Shown: piece after piece, positions 17,346 through 26,984 of the stretch | Position numbering within the stretch: position 1 is the first letter of the stretch | Layout of the letters: every line of letters begins with the position of its first letter | Assembly (NCBI GenBank): GCA_963664875.1 | Contig: OY761611.1 | Coordinates: 1,248,001-1,312,000, forward strand | Length of the DNA: 64,000 bases | Direction: 5' to 3' | From: Candidatus Kapaibacterium sp. | GTDB lineage: Bacteria > Bacteroidota > Ignavibacteria > Kapaibacteriales > UBA2268 | The notes under the pieces: model-generated | Database searches by the model: none | The model's input: only the letters and a program-made list of their open reading frames with translations | Told to the model about the DNA's origin: nothing | Program-made: the position numbers and the translations under genes

Positions 17346-18241
17346 AAATTTTTCAGATAATCATTAGCTCAGTCGCTCTGCTATCTGTGGTACTTATGGG
17401 CATATATAGCTCAAACATGACTGCTGACGATACAGTAAAAAGCTGGGAGTCGGATTTGATTTTTTCTCATGCAAAACATGTGATTGAAAACGAACTCGCC
17501 TGCGAAACTTGCCATGCTGATGCTGCAAATTCGGAAACAGGTAATGACGATTTGCTTCCTAAGGAAGAAACTTGTATCACTTGCCATGAGAAAACTGAAG
17601 AATCTTGTGTGATGTGTCATACTAATCCGAAAAATCCAAAAATCATGCCTCGGATTACTGACTATTCTCAAAAGTTTAGCCATAAACAACACATAGACAA
17701 AGGTGCTGACTGTAACTCATGCCATACTGATATTGCTAAAAAAGACAAGGTTGCTAAACCTAACTTACCTGATATGCACAAATGTATGACTTGCCACGAA
17801 ACTCCGGAAGAAACTAAAGAATGTTATATCTGTCATGATCAGGATTATAATCTAATTCCAAAAGATCATACTGAAATGTGGCTCGATAATCACTCTAATT
17901 TTGTGGAAGCGGAAGGCAACAAATGCCAAACTTGCCATCAGGAACAGTATTGTATGGATTGCCATAGAGGCGAAAACCTCTTTAACAATTCTCACCCTCC
18001 TCATTTTATGGCTACTCACTCTATGAGCTATCTAATGAGAGAGTCTAACTGCCAATCATGCCACGAAGGTCTGGAATCTTGTAGAGAATGCCACATGGAA
18101 ATAAACTATGTCATTCCTCCTGATCATATGCCATCTACCTGGATCGGCGAACATATGTTCTCCGGAAAAATCAATGCTGATAAGTGCGTTGTTTGTCACA
18201 GGAAAGATGAGCCTCGTTGTATGGATTGTCATACTAAATAA
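17342..18241 (+). CDS. Dodecaheme c-type cytochrome (cytochrome c3/c7-like repeats)
   Basis: 12 CxxCH with FSH..H motifs; ATGA overlap with the porin stop; hydrophobic N-terminus; ORF track start 17294. Confidence 0.9.
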   Translation: MKIFQIIISSVALLSVVLMGIYSSNMTADDTVKSWESDLIFSHAKHVIENELACETCHADAANSETGNDDLLPKEETCITCHEKTEESCVMCHTNPKNPKIMPRITDYSQKFSHKQHIDKGADCNSCHTDIAKKDKVAKPNLPDMHKCMTCHETPEETKECYICHDQDYNLIPKDHTEMWLDNHSNFVEAEGNKCQTCHQEQYCMDCHRGENLFNNSHPPHFMATHSMSYLMRESNCQSCHEGLESCRECHMEINYVIPPDHMPSTWIGEHMFSGKINADKCVVCHRKDEPRCMDCHTK

Positions 18242-18243
18242 TA

Positions 18244-18281
18244 AAAAAATAGGCAGCTTCGATTAGTTGCCTATTTTTTTT
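18244..18281. terminator. Bidirectional intrinsic terminator closing the cytochrome operon
   Basis: AAAAAAATAGGCAGC...GTTGCCTATTTTTTT. Confidence 0.8.
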
Positions 18282-18367
18282 ACTGAAAGAGTAAGAAAAA
18301 GTTTGCAGTCAAAAAAACTGCGTACCAAGTTGCTATTATAATAAGTATGTAAAAATTATCAGATACT

Positions 18368-18769
18368 CTATCCCTTGATATGAATTAGTGCTTTTCTTAG
18401 CGTATCAGGGAGATTTACTGCCCGCCGATCAGTATTACTTAAACAGATATGATTGGTACGTGCGATTACTGCAATAGAGTCTTTGCTGTAAACCTGATAT
18501 TCAAGTTTATATTTGAAATCACTGATTTCAATGCAGAAAATGCGTATAATGATATCATCTCCTGCGTAAAGCGGGGCTTTGTAAGATGCTTCCGTATGCA
18601 AAATCGGTAAGATAACCCCTGAGCTATCCAAAATAGATGTAATAGGAAAATCAGCAGTTTCTAAAAAATACTCATAAGCCCTATGGATTATGTTAAAAAT
18701 CTTTGCATAAAACATGACACCGGCGGCATCAGTATCTTCGAAGAAAATCTTAGTTCTGTGTTCAAACAT
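18368..18769 (-). CDS. Acyl-CoA thioesterase (4HBT family; DHNA-CoA hydrolase-like)
   Basis: DTDAAGVMFYA..H.AYE hot-dog fold motif; TAATG overlap with the upstream gene. Confidence 0.8.
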   Translation of the reverse strand: MFEHRTKIFFEDTDAAGVMFYAKIFNIIHRAYEYFLETADFPITSILDSSGVILPILHTEASYKAPLYAGDDIIIRIFCIEISDFKYKLEYQVYSKDSIAVIARTNHICLSNTDRRAVNLPDTLRKALIHIKG

Positions 18770-20436
18770 TATATCACCTTTACTCCAATTAGTGTTATAT
18801 CGTCAAATTGTTGTGTTCCAATTGCAAATTGCTGGACATCCTCGACAATAATTTTGAGCATTTCTTCAACAGGGAATTTCCGAATATCCCGAACCAATTC
18901 CTGAAGCCTTTCATCTCCATATTCAAGATTAGAAGTATTGAGTGCTTCGGTAATTCCGTCTGTAAACATGCAAATCACAGAATCTTGTTCTAATTTGACT
19001 ACCGCCTGCTCATATTCGAAAGGGTCGTCCATAAAGCCCAAAATCAAACCACCTGCGGTTAGATGCTCTATATGCAAATCTGAATGTAGAATGAACGGCG
19101 GATTGTGTCCGGCGTTGATGTACTCAAAAGTTTTGTGCTCAGAATCTAATATACCCATGAAAAAGGTAACAAATTTATCTGAGGAAGTATTCAAATAAAC
19201 GATTTTGTTGAGACGTTGTACTATTTCTCTAAGAGGAAGCCCCAAAGGAGCAATAACTCTAAGTGCAGCCTGAACATTAGCCATCAGCAATGCGGCAGGC
19301 ATACCTTTTCCGGAAACGTCAGCAATGGCAACAATAGTTCGATTCTCATCCAGCTTAATAAAATCGTAATAGTCGCCACCTACATGTCTTGACGGCAAAC
19401 TTATGCCATGTATTTCAAAATATTTTACATTTGGTACATTTTTAGGTAATAAATTTTTCTGAATATCGAGAGCCAGATTAAGTTCGTTCTCTAATTTTTT
19501 CTTTTCTATTTCCTCTTTAAATAACCTCTCAGACTCTAAAGTGGAAATTGCTGTATTGCCAAGGGCTTCTATAAATTGTAGGTTTTCGTCAGTGAACTCA
19601 CTACCATTCATTTTTTTTCCAATAACAAGCAGTGCTTTGGGATTTCCCTGAATGAACATAGGAGCTATGACATTGATATTATATTTTTTGCAATATTCAG
19701 TGAAATTTTCTCCGAAATTGGAATTATTGCAGACAACCGGCTCCTTTATTCTTGTCATTCTATTCAAAAATGAAATATCTTCCAGCTCTTCAAATCTATT
19801 GATATAAGCATCTTCAATCTTATTGTTTTCGATTTGGAAAATGGCAAATCTATTTACCATTAGTTGTCCCATCAGATGAAAAGACAGCATTTTTATTATT
19901 TCTTTTTTCGACAAAAGGTTGCTAAAATCGCGGGACATTTCAAACAGCGTAGTCAAAAGCTGATTTCTTTGTTCGATTGTAATCTTCTCTTGAATAAGAG
20001 ATTGCTGATGTTCCGCATTTTGAAGTGCATTGGCAGATATAGTGCAGACAAGTCTTGCATATTTTTCTTCTTCCCCGGATAGTTCGGTACCTAAAAGTCT
20101 ATCGCCCAAGCATATAAAAGCAAAGATTTTTTCACGATATTCCACAGGAAAAACAAATCGGATATTATACTGCTCTAAAGTAGTACGAAGGGTGGAATAA
20201 TCCCCCATACATTTTTCAATGTCAAACTCTAAGTAATCTGGAGTAAATTTCCCTTTGCTCAGGTATAATTTTAGTCCTTTGTTGTTTGGCACAAGCACCC
20301 CTGCCCTCAGCACTTTGAGTTTTCCCATAAGCGAGAGCAAAGTAGAATTTAAGATAAATTCTTTGCTGTGGGTTTCGTTGAGCCTGGCACTCAGTTCGAG
20401 TAAAGATTCAAGATTTATAATTACATTATGTTGCAT
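18769..20436 (-). CDS. GAF-domain PP2C/SpoIIE phosphatase (RsbU-like)
   Basis: IQKNLLP, VGGDYYD, ADVSGKG, NAGHNPP, FTDGITEA and DDIT motifs. Confidence 0.92.
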   Translation of the reverse strand: MQHNVIINLESLLELSARLNETHSKEFILNSTLLSLMGKLKVLRAGVLVPNNKGLKLYLSKGKFTPDYLEFDIEKCMGDYSTLRTTLEQYNIRFVFPVEYREKIFAFICLGDRLLGTELSGEEEKYARLVCTISANALQNAEHQQSLIQEKITIEQRNQLLTTLFEMSRDFSNLLSKKEIIKMLSFHLMGQLMVNRFAIFQIENNKIEDAYINRFEELEDISFLNRMTRIKEPVVCNNSNFGENFTEYCKKYNINVIAPMFIQGNPKALLVIGKKMNGSEFTDENLQFIEALGNTAISTLESERLFKEEIEKKKLENELNLALDIQKNLLPKNVPNVKYFEIHGISLPSRHVGGDYYDFIKLDENRTIVAIADVSGKGMPAALLMANVQAALRVIAPLGLPLREIVQRLNKIVYLNTSSDKFVTFFMGILDSEHKTFEYINAGHNPPFILHSDLHIEHLTAGGLILGFMDDPFEYEQAVVKLEQDSVICMFTDGITEALNTSNLEYGDERLQELVRDIRKFPVEEMLKIIVEDVQQFAIGTQQFDDITLIGVKVI

Positions 20437-20450
20437 ATAGGTACGTACAT

Positions 20451-21479
20451 CTAATCATTAAGTGGGTAAATATAGTCAATATTACGGTCAAATTCTAAAA
20501 CAGTTGCTATCTTCTGTGTTTTTAAATCTAATAAATGGATGGTTCTGTTTTGCCCGTTTTCCAAAGGCAAAATCCCTTCGCCTTTATAGGTATCCCAAAG
20601 CATAGATTTATAATCCAATGCACTGATAATAGCAATGCTATTGGAAAACTTCAAATTGTAGCGAAAAATACCATCGTTAGTAGAAATGATAGCAAAAGAC
20701 AAATCCGTAATCAATAAACCGTTCGGAATTTGCTTATCGGCAGTAAGTTGATTGCGTTCGATATTTATAGTTTCTACATTTGAGAACTTTTCTCTTTCGT
20801 AAATACTTAATTTCGCAGCACCGACAGATGCTTTATCAAATTTGCCGCTACCGGCACAAGCAACAATTAAGTAATCTTTATCATCGAAATATTCAATGCA
20901 TACAGGTGCATTTTCTGTCTTTTTCTCGCCAATCTTAACATCTGTTCTTGTATCATAGATATCGATTCTGTTTGCTATAGTGTTGCAGACATACAAATTG
21001 GTACCGTAGTAGTTCATATCAAAAGCAGACTCGCTTTCTTCTATAGTTTTTACGAACTTATTATTTGCAATGTCAAATACAGCAATCTTGCCTGACAGAC
21101 CTGAAGAAATATAAGCAGAACTTGCATTAGGGAAAACAATATCCGAATGTCTGTCAAACGTGCTTTCAAGATTAGCATCTGCAACTATTTGCTTAGTTTC
21201 GTTGTTTAAGACAAGTAATCTGCCTGATTGGGTCACAACATAAGACTTATCGAAAAAAGAGCGGACACAGACGACAGAATCTCCGGAAGTAAGCATTTCT
21301 GAGTCATTGTAGTCTATCGTGAGCCAATTTTTTTTATTTGCATCGTATATTGACAAATTGCTGCTACCAGCTTCATATACTAAATAATTCCTTTCGCGTT
21401 GTGGCGCCGGAATAACATTATCATCTACAGTGCAGGAGTATATCATAAAAGCCGAAATTACAAGCAAGATATATTTCAT
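20451..21479 (-). CDS. YncE-like beta-propeller lipoprotein
   Basis: Lipobox IYSC; repeated beta-blade patterns (AYIS..KIAVFD, LYVCN..IDIYD). Confidence 0.55.
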   Translation of the reverse strand: MKYILLVISAFMIYSCTVDDNVIPAPQRERNYLVYEAGSSNLSIYDANKKNWLTIDYNDSEMLTSGDSVVCVRSFFDKSYVVTQSGRLLVLNNETKQIVADANLESTFDRHSDIVFPNASSAYISSGLSGKIAVFDIANNKFVKTIEESESAFDMNYYGTNLYVCNTIANRIDIYDTRTDVKIGEKKTENAPVCIEYFDDKDYLIVACAGSGKFDKASVGAAKLSIYEREKFSNVETINIERNQLTADKQIPNGLLITDLSFAIISTNDGIFRYNLKFSNSIAIISALDYKSMLWDTYKGEGILPLENGQNRTIHLLDLKTQKIATVLEFDRNIDYIYPLND

Positions 21480-21716
21480 ATCAAATCCAAATTTTGTGTG
21501 TCAAAAAAGTTTATACCTATATATAATAATAAAACAGGAAAAAGTTACACAATTATTTTCAAAAGATAAGAAAAAACGAAAAAAAGTTATTTGTTTGCTT
21601 TCTCGTCTTTAGTTTCAGGGCACTAAACGAACATTTTTGTGATTTGAGTGTATTGTCTTTTAGTTTAGGTGCTAATTCTGTAATTTTGTCAAATCGAAAA
21701 ACACAGCGGTATTCAA

Positions 21717-22712
21717 ATGAAAGAAAAAATAACTATACATCCTTACGAAGAGAAATACAGACAGGAATGGGAAGATTTTGTAGAGTCTTCGAATAATGGC
21801 ACAATGTTCCATCTGCAACAGTTTTTAGATTACCACACTCCGGGTAGGTTCGAGTTTTTTAATCTTATGTTCCGCAAAGGCGACAAACTAATAGCAGTTC
21901 TCCCAGGAGGATTGAAACAAGATGGTACCGTTTACTGGTCACCCGTTGGAGCGAGCTATGGTTCGATAGTAACTCAGGACATTTCATTCGAATTGTCTTT
22001 GGAAATCGTAGATGCCTTTATGGATTATTGCCGCACCAACGGAATCAAAGAAGCATATTTGATACCGCCTCCGATAGTTTATACAAAAAACTACTCCCAG
22101 CATTTAGAATATGCAATGCTCTATCGCAAATTTGATTTCGAATTACACTATATTTCGCATGCAATAGATTTGAAACATGGCGATAATTTTTTGGAACACT
22201 TTGACAAAACTGCGAGAAAGACCTGCAGGAAAATATTACGAGAAGGCAAGATTAGAATCGAAGAAAGTGAAGATTATGAAACATTTAACGATATTTTGCT
22301 TTCAAACAAGGCAAGGCATGATGTGAAACCTACACATTCTCTTGAGGATATGCTTGTCATAAAAAATACTATGCCTGACAAAGTTCGCTTGAATATTGTT
22401 TATTATGAAGACAAGCCAATAGCAGGTTCATGGCTCTTCTTAGCAAACAGCAAAGTCGTGCTATGCTTCTATAATATGCTTTATTACGAATACGAACATC
22501 TTAAACCTGTTTATCTGATTATGTATGAAACTGTTCGTTGGGCTATAGAGAATGGGTATGAATGGGTTGATATCGGGGTTTCTCAAGATACAAAAGCATT
22601 AGATCCTATGACTCCTTCGATTAACCTGATAAACTTCAAAGAGAGATTCGACGCAAGGGGTATTCTAAGAAGCACTTACCACTATGATTTTACAAAAGAA
22701 AATAATCAGTAA
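21717..22712 (+). CDS. GNAT/FemAB-like acyltransferase
   Basis: WEDFVESSNNGTMFH..FLDYH, WVDIGVS and NLINFKERF pattern; TAATTTTG element at 21681. Confidence 0.75.
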   Translation: MKEKITIHPYEEKYRQEWEDFVESSNNGTMFHLQQFLDYHTPGRFEFFNLMFRKGDKLIAVLPGGLKQDGTVYWSPVGASYGSIVTQDISFELSLEIVDAFMDYCRTNGIKEAYLIPPPIVYTKNYSQHLEYAMLYRKFDFELHYISHAIDLKHGDNFLEHFDKTARKTCRKILREGKIRIEESEDYETFNDILLSNKARHDVKPTHSLEDMLVIKNTMPDKVRLNIVYYEDKPIAGSWLFLANSKVVLCFYNMLYYEYEHLKPVYLIMYETVRWAIENGYEWVDIGVSQDTKALDPMTPSINLINFKERFDARGILRSTYHYDFTKENNQ

Positions 22713-22740
22713 AAAGCTGATATTTGCAATAATTGCAAAA

Positions 22741-22776
22741 AAGCCGGATAGATCTGAAACAATCTATCCGGCTTTG
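22741..22776. terminator. Bidirectional intrinsic terminator
   Basis: AAGCCGGATAGAT...ATCTATCCGGCTT perfect stem between convergent genes. Confidence 0.8.
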
Positions 22777-22782
22777 TTATTT

Positions 22783-23877
22783 TTACTCATATTTTACTAT
22801 TCTCAAAGAAACTGTCTTGTCTGATGAGTATTTTTCACGATTAGCAGAGCGACACTCTTTTGGATTAGAGTTGAATGCTCCTCCTCTTATTACCCTGTCA
22901 TTACCCGTTTCCGGACCAGAAGGGTTTACAAGGTCATTTTCGTCGTAAGGGGCATAGTAGTCCCAACATAATTCCCAAGCATTGCCAAGCATATCATAAA
23001 TGCCGTAATTATTGGGCTTTTTCCTTGCAAATGGTTTTGTGTACTCCCATTTATCAAGATATAAAGAGTTGGAATTGCCACAGTACCAAGCCAAGTCGTT
23101 TAAAGTTGCATCCAATTCTTCGCAAGTTTCGTTTGTAATATTTCCTGCATAAGTATCCTGATTATAGCTTTCAGCTCTGCAAGCCATCTCCCATTCTGCT
23201 TCCGTTGGCAGCCTGTAACCTTTAGCCGATTTATTCCAAACAACCTGATCCCCGGTTATTTCATAAACAGGGGTCAAATTTTCTTTTTCTGACATTTTGT
23301 TGCAAAAGCGGCATGCCTCTACAAAAGAGATATTTTCTACAGGCAAACTGTCATGCTTGAAGTTAGAATTATTATATCTCATAAAGTATCTCCAAAGTGC
23401 CTGATTTACTTCGGTGACACTAACGGAAATAGCTTTCTGCATAGCTATTTTGCGAACAGGCTGTTCGTCGGCTTCAGCATACTTTGTAGTATCCCCCATA
23501 TATAGAGTATCGAGGAAAATTGGTTTCATAGTAATAGATGTCGGCATTGATGTAAACATCTGACCATTGCTTGTGTATTCATATACTTTTACTTTAACCT
23601 CAGAAGAGACAACTCCTTCAGGCACAACGATTTTGATTATATTGTTTGACCATGACAGGTACTCTTTTACTATAATGTCTTTTATTCTAACAACATTAGT
23701 ATCCTGATAATCACCAAATCTAATGCCTTCGATGGTCATAGTGTCGCCGGGCACACCAATATTGGGATATATAGAAGAAATAATCGGCAATTCGTCCTCT
23801 CTCAGAGGATTTTCCGAATCAAAGCATGAACTTAGAGCAAAAACACAAAAAAGTGCTATACCGAGTAGTCTTATCAT
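22783..23877 (-). CDS. Lipoprotein with IPT/TIG domain and formylglycine-generating-enzyme (FGE/SUMF1)-like domain
   Basis: Lipobox LSSC; GDTMTIEG..FG..W...I...VP (IPT); YRLPTEAEWE, PNNYGIYDMLGNAWE and RVIRGG; TATCTTTG element at 23908-23915. Confidence 0.85.
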   Translation of the reverse strand: MIRLLGIALFCVFALSSCFDSENPLREDELPIISSIYPNIGVPGDTMTIEGIRFGDYQDTNVVRIKDIIVKEYLSWSNNIIKIVVPEGVVSSEVKVKVYEYTSNGQMFTSMPTSITMKPIFLDTLYMGDTTKYAEADEQPVRKIAMQKAISVSVTEVNQALWRYFMRYNNSNFKHDSLPVENISFVEACRFCNKMSEKENLTPVYEITGDQVVWNKSAKGYRLPTEAEWEMACRAESYNQDTYAGNITNETCEELDATLNDLAWYCGNSNSLYLDKWEYTKPFARKKPNNYGIYDMLGNAWELCWDYYAPYDENDLVNPSGPETGNDRVIRGGAFNSNPKECRSANREKYSSDKTVSLRIVKYE

Positions 23878-24001
23878 TTATCTTCCTTTAATCATTTCTC
23901 TAACTGACAAAGATATGCAATCCGATATAAACTTATATCAAATTTATACTTTGTTACTACAATTTTGCTAATTAGGAGTTCAAATATACTGATTTTTTTT
24001 A

Positions 24002-26704
24002 CTATGTTAAGTTCTGTTGTATATGTAGAATGCAAGCTTCGGGCATTTCGCACCAATCAGAATATGTTATGGGAATTACTTTTAGTCCTGCTCTGTTGAA
24101 CATTTTATATCTCTCGATAGGATATGCATCGGCAAAGTCGCCGGGGAAACCTATTAAGTCTATTCCGAGTGCTTTATCGCCGTTAGTTACAACTAAATCC
24201 ATCGTGTGCCCTGCTATTGGCACAGCAGAAAGCACTCTTAGATTCATGTTATTTAATCTGTCGATGATTGCAGCAGCAAAATGGTCATAATTCTCATTCG
24301 AATCGGTAAAATTATTCTTTACTCCACCCGAATAAAAATCAAAGAACTTATGCAGCAAGCTACCTGATTTGAGTGATTCTTTTCTGATAGAATGTACGAT
24401 GTATTGCTTTGATTTTGCTCTTGTTATAGCTACATTAAAGACATTAGGAATTTCCATAAATCTATATGCAGCACTATGGCTGTCAGTATCGAGAGACAAA
24501 GAAATAAACATAATATCCCGCTCTTCTCCCTGAAATGAATGAGCTGTACCTACTAAGATGTTATGTTTGTCTATAGTCTGAAGAGGAAAATGCTTCATTA
24601 TTTCAGAGGATATATAGTCAACCTGCTTTCTAAAAGGCGACAATACTCCTATGCTTGGTGTTTCCATAATATCAGATTCAACAATTTCTTTTATTTTTTT
24701 GATTATCCACTCCGTCTCCGATTTATTGTATCCTGCTTCTTCTCTTTTCCCATCTTCACAGAAATTAAAAACAACCGGATGATGTCCATAATTTATAGGC
24801 TTTTCAGTCATGATTTTCAATCTCCGGTCGTAAAACTCTTTATTACTGAAGCTGATAATTTCAGGCAATGAGCGGTAATGTTCATTCAAAAAGACAACAC
24901 TCTGCTGGCTTGCAATTTTTTCGGAAAAAAGGTCTAAAACAGAGGTGTTTCTATAGTCATATTCCATAGTTTCTGCCATATCATACTTAGCCAGAAATTC
25001 CGACTGTTTTGCTTTGGACAGAAACGATATATGCCTAAGCTGGTTAGGATCACCGGCAATCACTGCTTTTTTTGCCCTTTGCAGAGATGGAAGGCAAGAA
25101 GCAATGTCACATTGTGTTGCTTCATCAATAATAACAACATCAAATAGCTCCTTTTGGAGAGGAAGTACTTTGTGGATGTCGCTCAAATTGACCAGCCACA
25201 CAGGAAATATCTGCAATAAGACCGAAAAATCTATAGAGTTAAACAGATCTTCCTGTTTACCTCCGGTTCTGCTACTAATCGCCTGCAAAAAGGTATTCAG
25301 CACGGTTCGATGTTGTTTTAAAGATTGATTGATTCTTAAGGTATTATTTTCACTTGTATATCTGCTTATCCGGTTTATTTTTTGATTTAGTAAGGCGTCA
25401 TAGTCTTCAAAAATTTGCCACAACTGCTTTTTGCTACCAAATTTTAACAGCCACTTTTGCAGAGCAACAAAGATTGAACTCTCCTTTTTTGCATAAAGGT
25501 TACCAATTTTGATTTCTTTACGGCTTTTCTTTTTCAGCTGCTGTTCAGTTTTTTTGATGACTGAATCTATATTTAATATTTCTTTTTTTAGTGTCGCTAA
25601 AGTCTTTTTGTCGATAGATTCGTCTTTATACATACTATTTAGCAGTCTTTTCAGAAAGTCTTTTAGTTCTTTAAGATAGCTCTGTTTGCCACCTCGAACT
25701 ATACAACCTGATATATTAAGTTGTTTGTTGATTTTATCAGCGATAACATCAACAGCTTGATTCATTTTCGAAGCTATCAGAACACTTTTACCCCGGCTGA
25801 GTTGCTCCATAGCCAGCGACGCTATAGTATAAGATTTGCCAGTGCCGGGCGGCCCTATAATTAAAGTGTGAACGCTACTATTTACAGAATGCATTACTGC
25901 TTCCTGGGCTCTACTCAATATGGCGGGAACAAAACATGTATTGCTCTCAGGTGAAGTTGCTACTTTATTTTCCAGAATAAATAATTGAGTAAGAGCTTGA
26001 GAATAATCATTGATTTCTATCAATCTGTTCAGTTCTTCTACTACTCCCCTTGCTTCGTTTGGCTTGTTTGCAAGTGCGATGAAAGAACAGGGAATTAGCT
26101 CGAAATAGTCTTCCTTTTTCGCTTTTACAGATTTTATTATTTCTTTTAGTCGCTTTTCGGAAGTTAATTCAGGAAACTGTGTAAATTCTAAAGTTTTTAT
26201 GGCAGGTACTCTTTCTTCTAATAGTCTTGTGATTGTGGCTATTGAGTTGTTAGAAAGTACTGCTTCGCCTGTTAGTAAATCTTGAAAGTCTGCAATACTG
26301 TGAGTATCTTCTTCTGTAATAGTTTCTATCAACATATCATTGAAAGACAGAGTGCCCGACTGCAACTCAACAGAATAATCATCCTCGTTTTGAAGAATGT
26401 TTGCATTTTGAGTAAGCAAAGGCGAACAAAAAAAGTCAGATATCTGCTCTTGCCATTTTATACCAACTATCAAACCTGTGCAATATATGATTTCTTTCTC
26501 TTTACGATAGATATAAGCTTTTTTACTGAGATTTTCTGCATAGTCAGACTCCAGTGAGATAAACGGAAAAAAACCGTTTATAAGCTCTTCCTTTCCGCTT
26601 ACGAAACTGAGCAGTTCAATATCTTTTGCAAAAATATCTTTGATATACTTCCTGTTTTTGTCTGCAAAATAGCAATCAGCAAAGTATGATATTGTGTTTT
26701 TCAT
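24002..26704 (-). CDS. Superfamily 1 helicase (Upf1/DNA2-like) with C-terminal restriction-endonuclease-like domain
   Basis: GPPGTGKS, DEATQ, GDPNQL, EHYRS, TAHSFQGEERD and NVAITRAK motifs; C-terminal MTES_1575/Vsr-like pattern. Confidence 0.88.
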   Translation of the reverse strand: MKNTISYFADCYFADKNRKYIKDIFAKDIELLSFVSGKEELINGFFPFISLESDYAENLSKKAYIYRKEKEIIYCTGLIVGIKWQEQISDFFCSPLLTQNANILQNEDDYSVELQSGTLSFNDMLIETITEEDTHSIADFQDLLTGEAVLSNNSIATITRLLEERVPAIKTLEFTQFPELTSEKRLKEIIKSVKAKKEDYFELIPCSFIALANKPNEARGVVEELNRLIEINDYSQALTQLFILENKVATSPESNTCFVPAILSRAQEAVMHSVNSSVHTLIIGPPGTGKSYTIASLAMEQLSRGKSVLIASKMNQAVDVIADKINKQLNISGCIVRGGKQSYLKELKDFLKRLLNSMYKDESIDKKTLATLKKEILNIDSVIKKTEQQLKKKSRKEIKIGNLYAKKESSIFVALQKWLLKFGSKKQLWQIFEDYDALLNQKINRISRYTSENNTLRINQSLKQHRTVLNTFLQAISSRTGGKQEDLFNSIDFSVLLQIFPVWLVNLSDIHKVLPLQKELFDVVIIDEATQCDIASCLPSLQRAKKAVIAGDPNQLRHISFLSKAKQSEFLAKYDMAETMEYDYRNTSVLDLFSEKIASQQSVVFLNEHYRSLPEIISFSNKEFYDRRLKIMTEKPINYGHHPVVFNFCEDGKREEAGYNKSETEWIIKKIKEIVESDIMETPSIGVLSPFRKQVDYISSEIMKHFPLQTIDKHNILVGTAHSFQGEERDIMFISLSLDTDSHSAAYRFMEIPNVFNVAITRAKSKQYIVHSIRKESLKSGSLLHKFFDFYSGGVKNNFTDSNENYDHFAAAIIDRLNNMNLRVLSAVPIAGHTMDLVVTNGDKALGIDLIGFPGDFADAYPIERYKMFNRAGLKVIPITYSDWCEMPEACILHIQQNLT

Positions 26705-26896
26705 AAACCAAACTCATAGAATTGTATGCACAGTTTTTGAGAAAATACTTAGAAATGCTACAATCTGCAATTTTTTTATTTGTCCAAAGCTAATCCCAAC
26801 TGAGATTTTAGTTAGTATTGATATGAGAAGCTGATTGAAAAAATTGAGGGTGGTTGTGAGTTTAAACTTTAGAGGTCTTCCTTTTAAAACTGGAAT

Positions 26897-26941
26897 AGCT
26901 TCTGTCTTTCGGACATATATTATTCTTTGAGAGACAGAAGC
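26897..26941 (-). terminator. Putative terminator after the WG-repeat gene
   Basis: AGCTTCTGTCT...AGACAGAAGCT inverted repeat. Confidence 0.55.
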
Positions 26942-26984
26942 TAATTCGTTTAATATTTTGTATTTCCTATTGCGGAGTAGATAT

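Noticed and set aside
7905-18241. Selenocysteine read-through or frameshifts within the cytochrome island
   Set aside because: All eight ORFs are intact. The only TGA stop (porin) overlaps the next start codon, and the candidate redox residue is encoded as Cys (TGT)
22783-23877. FGE/C-type-lectin-fold protein as a diversity-generating retroelement target
   Set aside because: No template-repeat copy of its 3' end and no reverse transcriptase seen in the window
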